Source: Camelus dromedarius
Lineage: Eukaryota
NCBI RefSeq assembly: GCF_036321535.1
Contig: NC_087447.1
Coordinates: 50,036,001-50,100,000, forward strand
DNA: 64,000 nt
Direction of reading: 5' to 3'
The notes beneath the pieces are model-generated. The model was not told the origin of the DNA, searched no databases, and saw only the letters and a program-made list of their open reading frames with translations. A program made the position numbers and the translations under genes. Within the stretch, counting starts at the first letter, position 1. The number at the start of each line of letters is the position of its first letter. Shown one piece after another: positions 53,201 to 64,000 of the stretch.

Positions 53201-53779
53201 TCTTGATTCTCCTTGCCCTCATACCCCACAACCATGAAGAGAACAGGTCCTAATGGCTCCACCTTCAAAACGGAACAGGAATCCAGTGAGTGCTGACCAC
53301 GTCCACCGCATCCAGCGGAGGCTGGGGGCCTTTCCCAAACACTACCTTAATCTCCACCACCTGCTTTACAAATGGGGAAACTGTGGCCTAGAGAGGGGAA
53401 AAGCCCTCCCCGTGGTCCCACAGAAACCCTGCCAGGGCTAGCTGGAGCCTGGTCTGCCGCCACCTCCCTAAGGTCTGCATCCGCAGACCCTGGGTCGGTT
53501 TTCTCTTGAAGCCATTTAGCAGGTCTGATGACATGGCCAGGCTCTGTGCGCTGGCATGTGTGTCCCCGAGGAACAAAGAGTCTGCCAGCTGGGTTTGGGT
53601 TTCAAGACGTGTGTCCTCGCCCTTGACCGGGAGATCTTACAAGGAGACAGAGGCCAGAGTCAGGTGGGGGGAGTGGGGCGGGGAACATCAATCGGATGCC
53701 ACCCTGCCTCGAAATTGGAGAGTTCACCCCCCTGTCCCAGGATCCTCTGAGTTCACTTGAGGAGGCCAGAAACTGCAGA

Positions 53780-54434
53780 GGCAGGCTGGGGTTCTCAGCA
53801 TTTATTTCATACAGCTGTTTAAAAAGCTTGTTTAAAATAGATCATTATATATATATATATTTATATATATAAAATATATAAAGAGGAATTGAGGCCAGCC
53901 ACCCCAAAGAAAAAGCTATGTTTTATAAATATTTCTGTAGCTCCCACATCCCAGAAGAAGAAAAAAAACAAAACAACAAAAAAACATTTACAACCCAAGC
54001 TAGTGGTTCTGTGTGGTGGGCCCAGTAGGCTCAGACCCTGGGGTGGGCCGGGTGTCTCGAGGACTGGGCCTGCAGAACATTCTGGTGAGGGCAGGCTGAC
54101 TGCGCCCCCCCTTCCTAGGAGGCTGGTGTCTCTGGCTGTGAAAGGTCGAGTCCATACCAGTCTTGCCAAACCCACGCCCCTGGCTTCTTAGATCCGCCTG
54201 GAAGACAGCAAGTGGGCACTCCAGAGCCTCGGGTTGCCAGGTTATTTTTAACCTTGTCGGTTTCCTTTGATGTCCTGGCCCTCCTTCCCTGGTGGCCAGG
54301 CCTCTGTTCCCAGTGGCTTCCAAGTGGAGGCAAAGCACAAGCCTCCTTCCATGCCCAGCATCTGGAATTCACAAGCCAAAATCCACAGGGTGTCTCCAGG
54401 CACCCTGGCCAGCCTCCGAGGGTCCCACAGCGCC
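53780..54434 (-). other. WNT11: WNT11 3' UTR (~650 nt)
   Basis: Lies between the stop codon (54435-54437) and the polyA signal; contains a pure A/T tract at 53844-53882. Confidence 0.8.
53801..53806 (-). terminator. WNT11 polyadenylation signal
   Basis: tttatt on + = AATAAA on -, preceded in the mRNA by TGTA (+ strand 'taca' 53810-53813). Confidence 0.8.
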
Positions 54435-54609
54435 TCACTTGCAGACATAGCGCTCCACGGTGCGCTCACACCTGCGGCAGGTGACGTAGCAGCACCAGTG
54501 GTACTTGCAGTGGCACCGCTCCACCACGCGATCTGTGTAGGGGTTGTAGCCGCGTCCACAGCACATGAGGTCACAGCTGTCACTGCCATGTGACGTCTTG
54601 TTGCACTGC
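54435..54609 (-). CDS. WNT11: Wnt-11, last coding exon (175 bp)
   Basis: [57 protein letters not shown]; acceptor AG (ct at 54610-54611); TGA at 54435-54437. Confidence 0.98.
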
Positions 54610-57087
54610 CTGGAGGGAGAGGGGAGGTCAGTGAGTGCTCCCGTCCCCCCCCAGCGCCCCACTCCCAACCAGGCAGCCACAGCCTCCCCACTGTGCATGG
54701 CTGCAGCCTCAGTCCCCCTTGGACGATGTCTTGATCTTTGGGGAATTTAAAATAACCCTCTTCCCCATGGGTACTTCTCCCTTTTCCCTGCATAGTTCTA
54801 ATACGCATTTATCAAAATGATGGGGGTATTTCTGTTTTCTTGGAGATGTATTTTTTCCTGTTTCTTCTATTTCTAAATACTTGAAGGTGCCTCACACCAC
54901 TCTGCCTAATAATCCAATCTTCGTATTTAATTGTTAATTACATTGTAACAAATGCAAAGATCCTTTTTCACTTTTCAAATCCCAAAATAAATTCTGAAAC
55001 AAATAAATGGCATTGGAACATGAGGCAAGGCGAGCGTTTGGCTGTGTCTGTTTGTGGAGACACAGGGTCTGTCAATCATTTGCCTTCTATGTACCAGATG
55101 CTTGTCTCCAGTGTTTTATCTTATTGGAGGCAGGCAGGGTTCTTAGGTCAGTGGAACTACTGTGTCCACTTTACAGACGGAAACAGGTTTAGTGAAGGGC
55201 AGAGGCCTGCTCAAGGACCCACAGGAGTTGATAGATAAGCAGGGCTCAAGCTCAGGGGTCCTGAAACCAAGTCCAATGGTATTCTCCCTACCCTACAGGG
55301 CAGAGAGCCCATGGATGCGAGGGCAGCATTTCTTCGTGAAACTCTTGTGGGCGAAGAAGACATTGAAGGTCCCCAAATATCTTTGTCATCATTCTTCTGT
55401 CTAGTGAAGCAATATCTGTGTAGGCTGGCATTTCCTCTAGCTGGACTCAGGCTAGACAGGGATGCTGTCATGGGATGCAGCTGGGTCCCAAAGCCATGTG
55501 GACCAAGAAATCCCAGAATGTCCAAGATGGGCAAACCCTAGAGATGACCACGTCCAACCCTCACAGTTCCTGATGAGGAAACTGAGGCACAGAATGGGGA
55601 GGGGACTTGCCCAGCATCACACAGGGTAAACATGGGGTCTGTGAGAGTTCAGGAAGGCTTCCTGGAGAGGGAGGGGTCATCTAAGCCATTTCATGAAAGT
55701 TGAGCAGGAATCTAAGATGGAGAGGAGGGGAAAGGGCGTTGGGGGCAGAGAACAAACACGTTGACCTGACCTAATCTAAGCAGAGTAAGAGTGGGAGATG
55801 GTGCCTGTGAGGGGGAGTTGGGGAGGGTGGGGCCTGGAGAACAGGCAGGTTTCAGAGGTCCAGGGGCCTCTGGAAGAAATATGACAAAAGGGCTGGAGTT
55901 TGGAATATGGACTGCTGAGGAGGCCTCAGCTGACCAGGCTAGATTTGAGGAGGGCATCTTGCCCAGCTAAGGGGCCAGCTACTGTACCACCTATGCGCCT
56001 GCCTTTTATAGTTAACAAAACTCATTTGCATCTTGCCCCCGCACCTCCAAATCCCTAACCCAGTAAAATCCACCTTTCCCCTCCTCCAGGAAGCCTTCCT
56101 TGATATCCAGGCTGGGTCAGAGCCCTTCTGAGTTCCCTGCTTTCCCTCTGTCACAATCTGACCACTTGATGTTCCTCCCCCTCCCTGACCCCTGCCAGAG
56201 CCTCATGTAATGGGTGTAAGAAGCCACTGAGATATTGAGGCTGTTTGTTACTGCAGAAAAAGCTGATGCATACAGCTGTCTGCAAAGTCCCATCCTCAGA
56301 GGAATGGCTGAGGGCTGACCAGGGCAGGAAACCTGGGGGGTAGGAGGCGGGTGGCATTCTGAGAAGGCCAGGGAGGTTGCTGTGGGATGGGGCTTCCTCT
56401 TCAGCAGCTTGAGGACAAGTCCTAGGGGCAGAGTCAGGGCAGCTGGGCAGGAAGAGGCCTGGCAACCTAGGGGGAGGGGAGGGGAAGGGAAGCTGCCATT
56501 CACGAGCACTGACACCACCCAGCACTGGGGGGCTGCCCGGTGAGTGTGATTAGAATCTCTTGCCAACCCTCCCAGGTGTGTGGTACCATCCCCATGGCAC
56601 AGAAGATGAGACCGAGCCTCAGATAAGTGAAGGGATTTACTCAAGGTCCCACAGCTAAGAAGATGCAGCGTCAGGGTGGGAACTCTTCTTGCTACACACA
56701 CACACACACACCCATGGATCCAGGGATACCTTCTCTCTGCTCTGGGGCCCTTGGTGGGCTTTCCCCAGGCCCTCTGGATTCTAGAATCCTCCTCCCCCGA
56801 CCCCAACCTCATCACACCCACCCTGGCTGCCTCAGCCCAGACTCTCGCTCCTTCCCGTCTCTCTGGCCTGACCTGGTTGCATCTTCACTCCACCCTAACC
56901 CCTCAGTCTGGCCTCCAGATGGGATCCTGGGCCTCCTCGAAGAGCTGCCCTGGCCTGTGAGGACGGAGCCCCTCTAAGCAGCCCCCCACCCCCTCCTGGA
57001 GACAGGAACGCAGGCTGAGGAGGAAGCAAATGCTGGCCAGGCACCAACTATGTGCCAGACACGTTCACAGACACCCTCACTCTGGTT

Positions 57088-57347
57088 CAATATTCTTTTA
57101 ACCCTGAAGAACACTAGTTTTGTGGAATGCTATTAGGGGCTCCTTAATAAAAGAGTTCCACAGCCAAACACCTTTGGGAAACACTGGCTTAGGCAGATCC
57201 TTTACTGCGGGATTTTGCAGGGCCTTTAATATGTTCTCATGCCTTACAAATCACCAGAGAGAATTTCCCAACGTATCTGATTGCAGAACTATTTCTTTAT
57301 AGCATGTTCGGACTGGATTCCTCCTGAACCATCTCTGAGAAGAGCTG
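57088..57347. mobile_element. hAT-Charlie MITE (MER112-like) in a WNT11 intron
   Basis: 'gaacactagttttgtggaatg...gttccacagccaaacacctttgggaaacactgg...tttactgcgggattttgcagggcctttaatatg...tttcccaacgtatctga'; subfamily name tentative. Confidence 0.55.
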
Positions 57348-58069
57348 CTCCCCTGAATCCTCAGCAGCCCCGCCTGGCATACAGTAGGTCTGTAGTCGCC
57401 ACTGGCTCCCTCCCTCTCTCTGATCCTGAATCTGTGATGGGACCCGATGTAGGGACCCCAGCCCTGGCTCTGAACCTGGGGCCCAAGGGGAGAGAGCTGA
57501 GGCCTGGGAGGTCAGTGAACAGAGGTGGGGAGGTGAGAGCGCTGTCTCTCTGCAGAATGCAGGCCGAATTCGCGCTCCTGCTGTCCCTCCGAAAAGCAAA
57601 AAGCGCTTGCCCTGGCTCTACCTCCCCGTGGTGTAGACTTCCTGTGCGGCTTGGGGCTGGCCACTGCCCCAACCCGTCCTGTGCCTCAGTTCACTGGTCC
57701 AGCCAACAAGTTGTATGACATTTATCCTTCTCTTGCGCATTTGACAAACATTTACTGAGGACCAATTTATGTGAGGCAGCCTTTTTCCTTGCCCCTGTCT
57801 TCCAGTATAATCATTCTCTCTTCCCATCTGTCTCCCCTACTAGCAGGAAGGTGGGGAAGGGGCCTCCCACCAGCCTCCATTCACAAGGGGCCACTGCTTG
57901 GGGGAGCCACTCCCAGGAGCTCTGTCCAGGGCCCCTTGCATCCCGCACCTCCATTCAGTATTCAGTTGGGTGGGGCTCCATTCCCCAAATGTTGACTCTG
58001 TGCCTGGCCCTGAGTTGGGGTGGAGTACATGCCACACAGCTGACCCTGCCAGGATGGCGTTAAGCTTAC

Positions 58070-58362
58070 CTGTCCTGCGTCCCGTGAGAGCCCACCTTCT
58101 CGTTCTTCATGCAGAAGTCGGGGGAGCTCTGCAGATAGACGAGCTCCGAGTCCTTCACGGGCCGAATGTCCAGGTCCTTGGGCACTAGGTGCTTGCGGGT
58201 GCCCATAGGTCGGTGCACCACCTTGGTGGCCGACAGGTAGCGGGTCTTAAGGTCAGTGGCCACATCCCGAAGCTCCTGCAGCCCCTTCCAGCAGGTGCGG
58301 ATGGAGCAGGAGCCAGATACCCCGTGGCACTTACACTTCATTTCCAGAGAGGCACGCAGAGC
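58070..58362 (-). CDS. WNT11: Wnt-11 coding exon (293 bp), includes the [10 protein letters not shown] lipidation motif
   Basis: [31 protein letters not shown]...[27 protein letters not shown]; acceptor ct 58363-58364, donor ac 58068-58069 (GTAAGC). Confidence 0.98.
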
Positions 58363-58599
58363 CTGCGGACAGGGGAGGGCGTCGGGCTGGGCAGCCAGGG
58401 CCCCGTCCCTGGCCTGCCCCCGGGGCCCTGCCCCACCCCTCCACCTGCTGGGTGCTCTCAGGGAGTCACCGCCTGCTCTGGGCCTCAAGTGACTGGCTTT
58501 TTGCTCTAAAGCTGGGAGGGTGTTGAGGGTCCTTAGCTCCTCCTCCAACTTGGAGGGCAGCAGGGAGGGGCAGGAAGAGAGTGGCATTTGCAGAAGTAA

Positions 58600-58940
58600 T
58601 GGATGCCATTTATATAGCTACAGTTCCAAGTGCTCCCGCACTTAAAATCATCACAGTAGCCCTCAAGGGAGGTATCATTAATTTCTCCATTTAAAAAAAG
58701 AGGAGAGGGGAGGGTACAGCTCAGTGGTAGAGTGTGTGCCTAGCTTGCACAAGGTCCTGGGTTCAATCCTCAGTACCTCCATTAAAAAATAAATAAGTAA
58801 ATAATTTTTTTTTAAAAAGGAAACAAAGGCTCAGAGAGGCTGAGTCTCATGCCCAAGGCTACACAGCTAGAAGATCTCAGTGCTGGGATTTGAACCCAGG
58901 TCTAAGGGCGATTCCAAAAGCCACGGCTTTTCATTGTTCC
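58600..58940 (-). mobile_element. MIR SINE split by a Vic-1-like SINE
   Basis: Left half 'atcatcacagtagccctcaagggaggtatcattaatttctccattt' joins right half 'aggaaacaaaggctcagagaggctgagtctcatgcccaaggctacacagctag...gggatttgaacccaggtct'. Confidence 0.75.
58707..58815 (+). mobile_element. tRNA-Ala-derived SINE, Vic-1-like (camelid)
   Basis: ggggagggtacagctcagtggtagagtgtgtgcctagcttgcacaaggtcctgggttcaatcctcagtacctccattaaaaaataaataagtaaataa: A and B boxes plus AT-rich tail, inserted at a ttt|aaaa site. Confidence 0.8.
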
Positions 58941-61142
58941 ATGCTTTTTCTCTCATATAAAACTGTGACTCGGAAATTGCTTGCTGGAAAAAAAAAAAAA
59001 GAGGGAAAAGAAGAGAAGGGAGGGAGGGAGAGAAGATGAGGGAGGAGGTGGGTGCTTGAGGGCCTGGCTGGCCTTCCCCTCCTCTGCCTGGTGCAGCGTC
59101 ACCACTCAGCGCCTCTGTCTCCGTGTGTGTTAAGGGGGTGTGTAATTGCTACCTTGCAGAGTCGTTGAAAGGATTCAACGAGATGACATATATGAAAGGG
59201 TTTTGTGAACTATAAAAGTTAAATCAATATTGGTTTTGAAAAATCAGTCTAAGTAAGAATTATGGTGGGGAGGGGAGGCTTGGGTATGGTGCCTGGGGAG
59301 ACTCGAGCCCTGGCTTTAGAAGTGACCATATCCTCCCTGGGCCTCAGGTTCCCCCTGTGTACCTGAGGGGCATGAGTTAGATGCCTTCTGCAGGCCTTTC
59401 GTTTCTGTTGTCTAAGCCCCGCCTCCTTGCACACAGGACTCCGATCCCTCTGCCCACCCTCCTGCCTGCCCTGTGCAGGTGTTATGGGTCCCCTGAGCCT
59501 GCATCAAAAACATGGGGAAACTGAGGCACAAGGAGGGCAAGGATTTGCCCCAAACCACTCAGGGAACTAATTAGGAAGCTGTCAAGGTCCCAGAGTTCCC
59601 TCCCCTTCACATCACCAGGAAGTGGGGAATGAGGGAGTCCACTTGGGTCTAAAGTCTGGAACGGTCTCCGCCAAGCCTGTGGAGAGCACGTAGTGAACCC
59701 AACTGCAGGGCATGTTCCACCTCCCGAGGGCATGGGGAAGGAAAACCACGCTCCCACCCTTAGTTCAAATGGTGGGCTGCTGTGAGCCAGCACTGAACAC
59801 CTGACATTCACCCTCTTGGGCCCTGTGGTTTAGGGGAGGGGAATTATGCCATTTTGAAGGTGACTCCAAGGAGGCCAGCTCCTTGGCATCAGGGCTCCTG
59901 GGACACGCCTAATGTGCCCCTAAGGCTGAGGACCCTGTCTGGACCACACTGTGGGATGGGATCGCTGTGCCCTGGCAGTACGAGGCTCAGACAGGGGCTG
60001 GATTAAGGGTGAGGGGTATGCCAGCAGGGTTGGGAGGCGAGTCCTGGGTCCCTAGCCAGCTCTGCTACAGACCCACAGGGTGACTCAGCCTCAGTTTCCC
60101 CAGCTGTCCAAAGATGACCTGGACATCCTAAAGTCCTTACATGAGGGAGACCAGTGAGAGAGGAAGGAGAGGACATGGAAACCTCTAGGCTTGAAGCCCA
60201 AAGACATGGGCTCCATTGCACTGTGTGTCCTTGGCCAAGCCACCTAAGTTCTCTCTGCCCTACTTGGTGCCTCTGCACAATGGGCCTCATGGGGCTGCAG
60301 GGAGGGGTCATGAGATGCCACCTGCACCCAATACTCTGCCCCTCTGGACAGTTCCCTATCTGTAAGGAGGGATAACAGTACCTCTTCACAGGGTGGTTTT
60401 GTGGACTATGGGAGAGAAAACTAATCCAGCACCCACCACAGTGTGTGGTACCTAAATTGGTATAAAGGTTTTTTCTTTAATTTTCAAAAACTTAAAATGT
60501 CCATTCATTCACTTATGTATACACCCCAACCTTCTGTGGAATGAGGTGCGGAATTAATGAAACACCGGTAATAATAGACATGGAGGGGAAACTGCATTTT
60601 GGAGGTTGGGGCGGGTTTTGGAGCTGGGAGGGGGATCCCCATTAGATCCAAGGAGACGACTCCTTAGCTAAGGCTCTGTTGCCCCACAGCCCTCTCTCCA
60701 CGCTTCCTCCCACACCAGGCCTTGGCCCAGAGTCCCAGAGGAAGAGCCTGAGGAATGTGGCCGATGGGGACCAGAGAGAACCAACCCACCCCATTTTCTA
60801 GATGGGAACTGAAGCCAAGAGAGGAAGTGACTTGCCCATCACATAGCAGGTTTAGTCCCAGATCCAGGTGGGAACTCAGAGCTCCTGACTCCTAGTTCAG
60901 TGCTCCTTCTGCTCTGCCAGCGTTCTCCAACCGAAATCCTGGTGGACCCCCTAAAGGAGGAGGAGCCAGGCAAGCCCCAAGCAGCTGGAGAGGGAAGAGC
61001 CTAAAGAGGCTGGGAGGACATCAGTATGAGTGGGTCAGGGCCCTTCCCCCCCACCATCCCGTCCATTAGGGCACACTGGGTGGCCCTTTTCCAGTCAATT
61101 GGTACAAGCACAACCATCTGGGGTGGGTGGGTGGGTGGTTAC

Positions 61143-61420
61143 CTGTCTCCCCACTTCACTGTTGTGTAGACGCATCAGTTTATTGGCTTGGGATCCTGTT
61201 TTTTTCACCTTCATAGGAGCATCGGAAAACTTGGCCCCCATGAGGAGCCCGTAGCTGAGGTTGTCCGCACATCCTCCCCAGCGGTTCCCGGGCCCGGGTG
61301 GCTCACCTGGGACGGGGCCGCAGGAGCAGCCGGGCAGGTCGCCGGAGGTGCAGGCCCGGGCGATGGCGTGGCTGATGGCGGCCGCCGACAGCGCATACAC
61401 GAAGGCTGACTCCCGGGTCC
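61143..61420 (-). CDS. WNT11: Wnt-11 coding exon (278 bp)
   Basis: (G)[34 protein letters not shown]...[11 protein letters not shown]...[10 protein letters not shown]; acceptor ct 61421-61422, donor ac 61141-61142. Confidence 0.98.
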
Positions 61421-61749
61421 CTGTGGAGAGGGGTGGGGTCAGCGGGGGCCAGGTGACCGAGGGTTAGGACACTGCTTAGGCCTGAAGGCCCCTACCTGCC
61501 TCTGTAGGGTCTGAAGGGGACAGGGGCTGACACCAGGTTGAGGATAGCCCTACGGCCATTCATCTGTCACATCCTCAATTCTCCCCCAAATCCACTAGCT
61601 GTCAGTACACTCACTCACGAAGCCCGCAAAGCCAGCACCCCAACAGGCACACCCTCACTCACACCCCCACCACGCTGTACTTTCGCCCCACCAGTGTTAG
61701 GGGCTGCTTTCGGGAACTGAGGGCCCTGGCCCTCAAAGAACAAAGAGCC

Positions 61750-62206
61750 TGTTGCGGGGAGAAATGTGTCCCCTAAAGAAACTATGGTCAAGTCCTGACC
61801 TCTGGTACCTGTGAACGTGACCTTTTAGAAACAGGGTCTTTGCAGATGTAACAGCGCTAAGACGAGGTCACAGGGATTGGAGTGGGCCCTAATGCAGTGA
61901 CTGGCATCTTTAGAGGAAGAGAGGATTTTGGACACAGAGATATAGAGGGAGGAGGCCTCGTGACAGAGGCAGAGACTGAAATGATGCAGGTCCAGACCGC
62001 GAACACCAAGGACTGCGGCAGCCACCGGGAAGGAAGAAGAGGCCGGGAAGAATCCTCCCCCAGTGCCTTCAGAGGGAGCCCTGCTGACGTCTTGACTTTG
62101 ATTTCAGACTTCCAGGCTCTAGCCCCGTGAAACAACACATTTCCGTTGTTAGAAGCCCCCCAGGGTGTGTGGTACTTTATTACAGCAGCCCCAGCAAACT
62201 AATATG
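61750..62206 (+). mobile_element. MLT1 (ERVL-MaLR, MLT1C-like) solo LTR, antisense to WNT11
   Basis: TG start; 'tacctgtgaacgtgacctt...aaacagggtctttgcagatgta', 'gaggcagagactgaaatgatgcag', 'ttgatttcagacttcc', 'tgtggtactttattacagcagccccagcaaactaata'; near-matching 5-bp flanks gagcc / cagcc. Confidence 0.85.
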
Positions 62207-62779
62207 CAGCCGAATGTGCCTCAGCTCTGGGGTGTCCTGGCTTTGGGTCCAAGCAAGTCACCCCTGCTCAAGCCTCAGTTTCCTTAACTGTGGAATGGGA
62301 ATGATAATACCTACCTCATAGGCTTGCTCTGGAGTTCAGATAATTTGAGAAGAAAGGAGGCTTTGTAAAGCGCTGCGCAAACATTAGCTGTCACTGAGCA
62401 GGGGAGAGTTTAGATCCACTGAGGCGTTCCCACCCATCAAAAGTCTCTCTGTGACACACAGGACCCCCAGGTCCACCTGCCTCCTCCAGGATGACTTCTC
62501 CACAGATGTTCTTTAGTCCCTACATCTCTTGGTGCCTCTCACAGCACCTCCAGTTGGACTGGTCTGGAATTACCTGTGGCACACCTGTCTGCCCTGAGGG
62601 CGGGTTCAGCCTTGGTCTTGTTACAGACTCCCCTCCTAGAGGTCCCCCCCGGCATCATTCATTCCTTCATCCGGGCACTGGGGTACATGTGCATCTGTAC
62701 TGTTATTCAGGCCCCCTGCACTGGTATATTCACTCACTATATGTTTATTCATTCATCAATTCACGCCTGAATACCCAGG

Positions 62780-62890
62780 CCTATGATTGATTCATCCACC
62801 CACCCATCCATGCATCCATCCATCATCCAGCTACTCACTCATCCACCATCACACTTCCATCCATGCATCCATGAATTCACCCACCTATCT
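62780..62890. repeat. Degenerate (CATC)n simple repeat
   Basis: catccacccacccatccatgcatccatccatcatcc...; a similar tract lies at ~44185-44300. Confidence 0.8.
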
Positions 62891-62975
62891 AAACACACAC
62901 GTATTTATGCCTGAATGAATCTACCCTACCCGCATGCATTCTGCAGGCCCTAGAAGCCCCCTGTGGGCTCCCTAC

Positions 62976-63211
62976 CTCTCTCCAGGTCAAGCAGGTAGTT
63001 GGGGGCGAGCTCGATGGAGGAACAGTTCCAGCGCATGTCGGCGAAGGCCCTGCGGCAGGCCTTCATGGCCTCGCGGGCGGCGTGCACGATGGTGTGCATG
63101 AGCTCCAGGTTGCTGCGGCACAGCTGCACCTGCGCCGACACCAGGCCCTCCAGCTGTTTGCAGTGCTGTGTCTGGTTCAGCGCCAGGGCCGCCGGGGTCT
63201 TGGACAGCGCC
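62976..63211 (-). CDS. WNT11: Wnt-11 coding exon 2 (236 bp); the signal-peptide exon is outside the window
   Basis: [34 protein letters not shown]...[19 protein letters not shown](G); acceptor ct 63212-63213, donor ac 62974-62975. The four exons (236+278+293+175 bp) splice in frame to the stop. Confidence 0.98.
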
Positions 63212-64000
63212 CTGCACACAGGCCAAAAGGCAGCAAGGGAAGGGAAGGGAAGTCAGGGCGGGGGGGGGGGGGGGGCAGCGTTGCCTCCACCAGCTGTACT
63301 GGCCCCAGCCTCTCTTCAAAGGGCTCGGAGCCTTTGCTAGAAGGAGCCAGGAGAACAGGAGGCCAAGCGCCGTCCCCAGCAGAGCAATGGCTCCCCCTCC
63401 TGCCCCTGTGTGACCTTGGGCACATCATTGTCCCTCTCTTAGGGACAGTGGCCTTCATTCATAACATAGGATCATGACCTCCATCCTACCTAAGCCTTAT
63501 TATAAGTATACTAACAATAAAGTTTTATAGTTCACAAAGCACTCACCTTCACAGCCTTATTTAATCCTTACACGGCTGTGAATTATTACTCTTTATTCAA
63601 CATTCATTCATCTCTAAATACCTATATATGCCAGACACCATGCTAAGTGCTGGATTATACTACTACTACTACTACTAATACTTTATATTGAACACTTACT
63701 AGATGCACAATGTGAGTTAGGAGCTTCCCATCATGGCTTCCTCTAATTATTAAACTCATTTACTAGGCCATAAAATCCCACATACATGCAAGGGATTTAT
63801 TAAAAGATTAAAGAGCTACTCAATTTTATAATAAACTGGATTTAACCATTAACTTGCTGTGTGACCTTAGATAAATCACTGTCTCTCTCTGGTGTCTGTA
63901 CCTATAAACTATATTTCCCAGAAGGGGTTCCAGTGAGACACTTTGAGAAAAGGGATCCATGGTCAAACACATTTGGTGACTGTGATATACTACACCCCTA

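Noticed and set aside
58363..58587. N-terminal extension of the 173-aa ORF upstream of the WNT11 exon; likewise 54610-54698
   Set aside because: Intronic read-through; canonical acceptors and in-frame exon lengths define the true boundaries
58707..58781. tRNA-Ala(AGC)-like sequence (also at 24116-24185)
   Set aside because: Stems are disrupted, an AT-rich tail follows and there are flanking direct repeats, so these are SINE heads, not functional tRNA genes

Overview
Mammalian genomic DNA, probably camelid (llama/alpaca/camel): two tRNA-Ala-derived Vic-1-like SINEs are present and I saw no Alu, B1/B2, Bov-tA, PRE-1 or Can-SINE. The window holds the convergent (tail-to-tail) UVRAG-WNT11 locus. 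On the + strand lie the end of the last UVRAG intron, the terminal UVRAG coding exon (12392-13094) and a ~2.8 kb 3' UTR with several polyA signals. About 38 kb of intergenic DNA follows. On the - strand lie the last four coding exons of WNT11 (62976-63211, 61143-61420, 58070-58362, 54435-54609) and its 3' UTR; WNT11 coding exon 1 and the promoter are beyond the right edge. The rest is ancient interspersed repeats (MIR, L2, L3/CR1, old L1, hAT transposons MER33/MER5/Zaphod-MER115/MER112-like, an MLT1 LTR) and unique sequence with enhancer-like motifs. Nearly all other ORFs in the track look like chance ORFs in GC-rich or repeat DNA. I found no evidence of a novel multi-gene system. The findings are modest: nested transposons, candidate cis-regulatory elements, splice/polyA oddities and one WNT11 sequon difference. 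Repeat names come from recalled consensus sequences and repeat boundaries are approximate.
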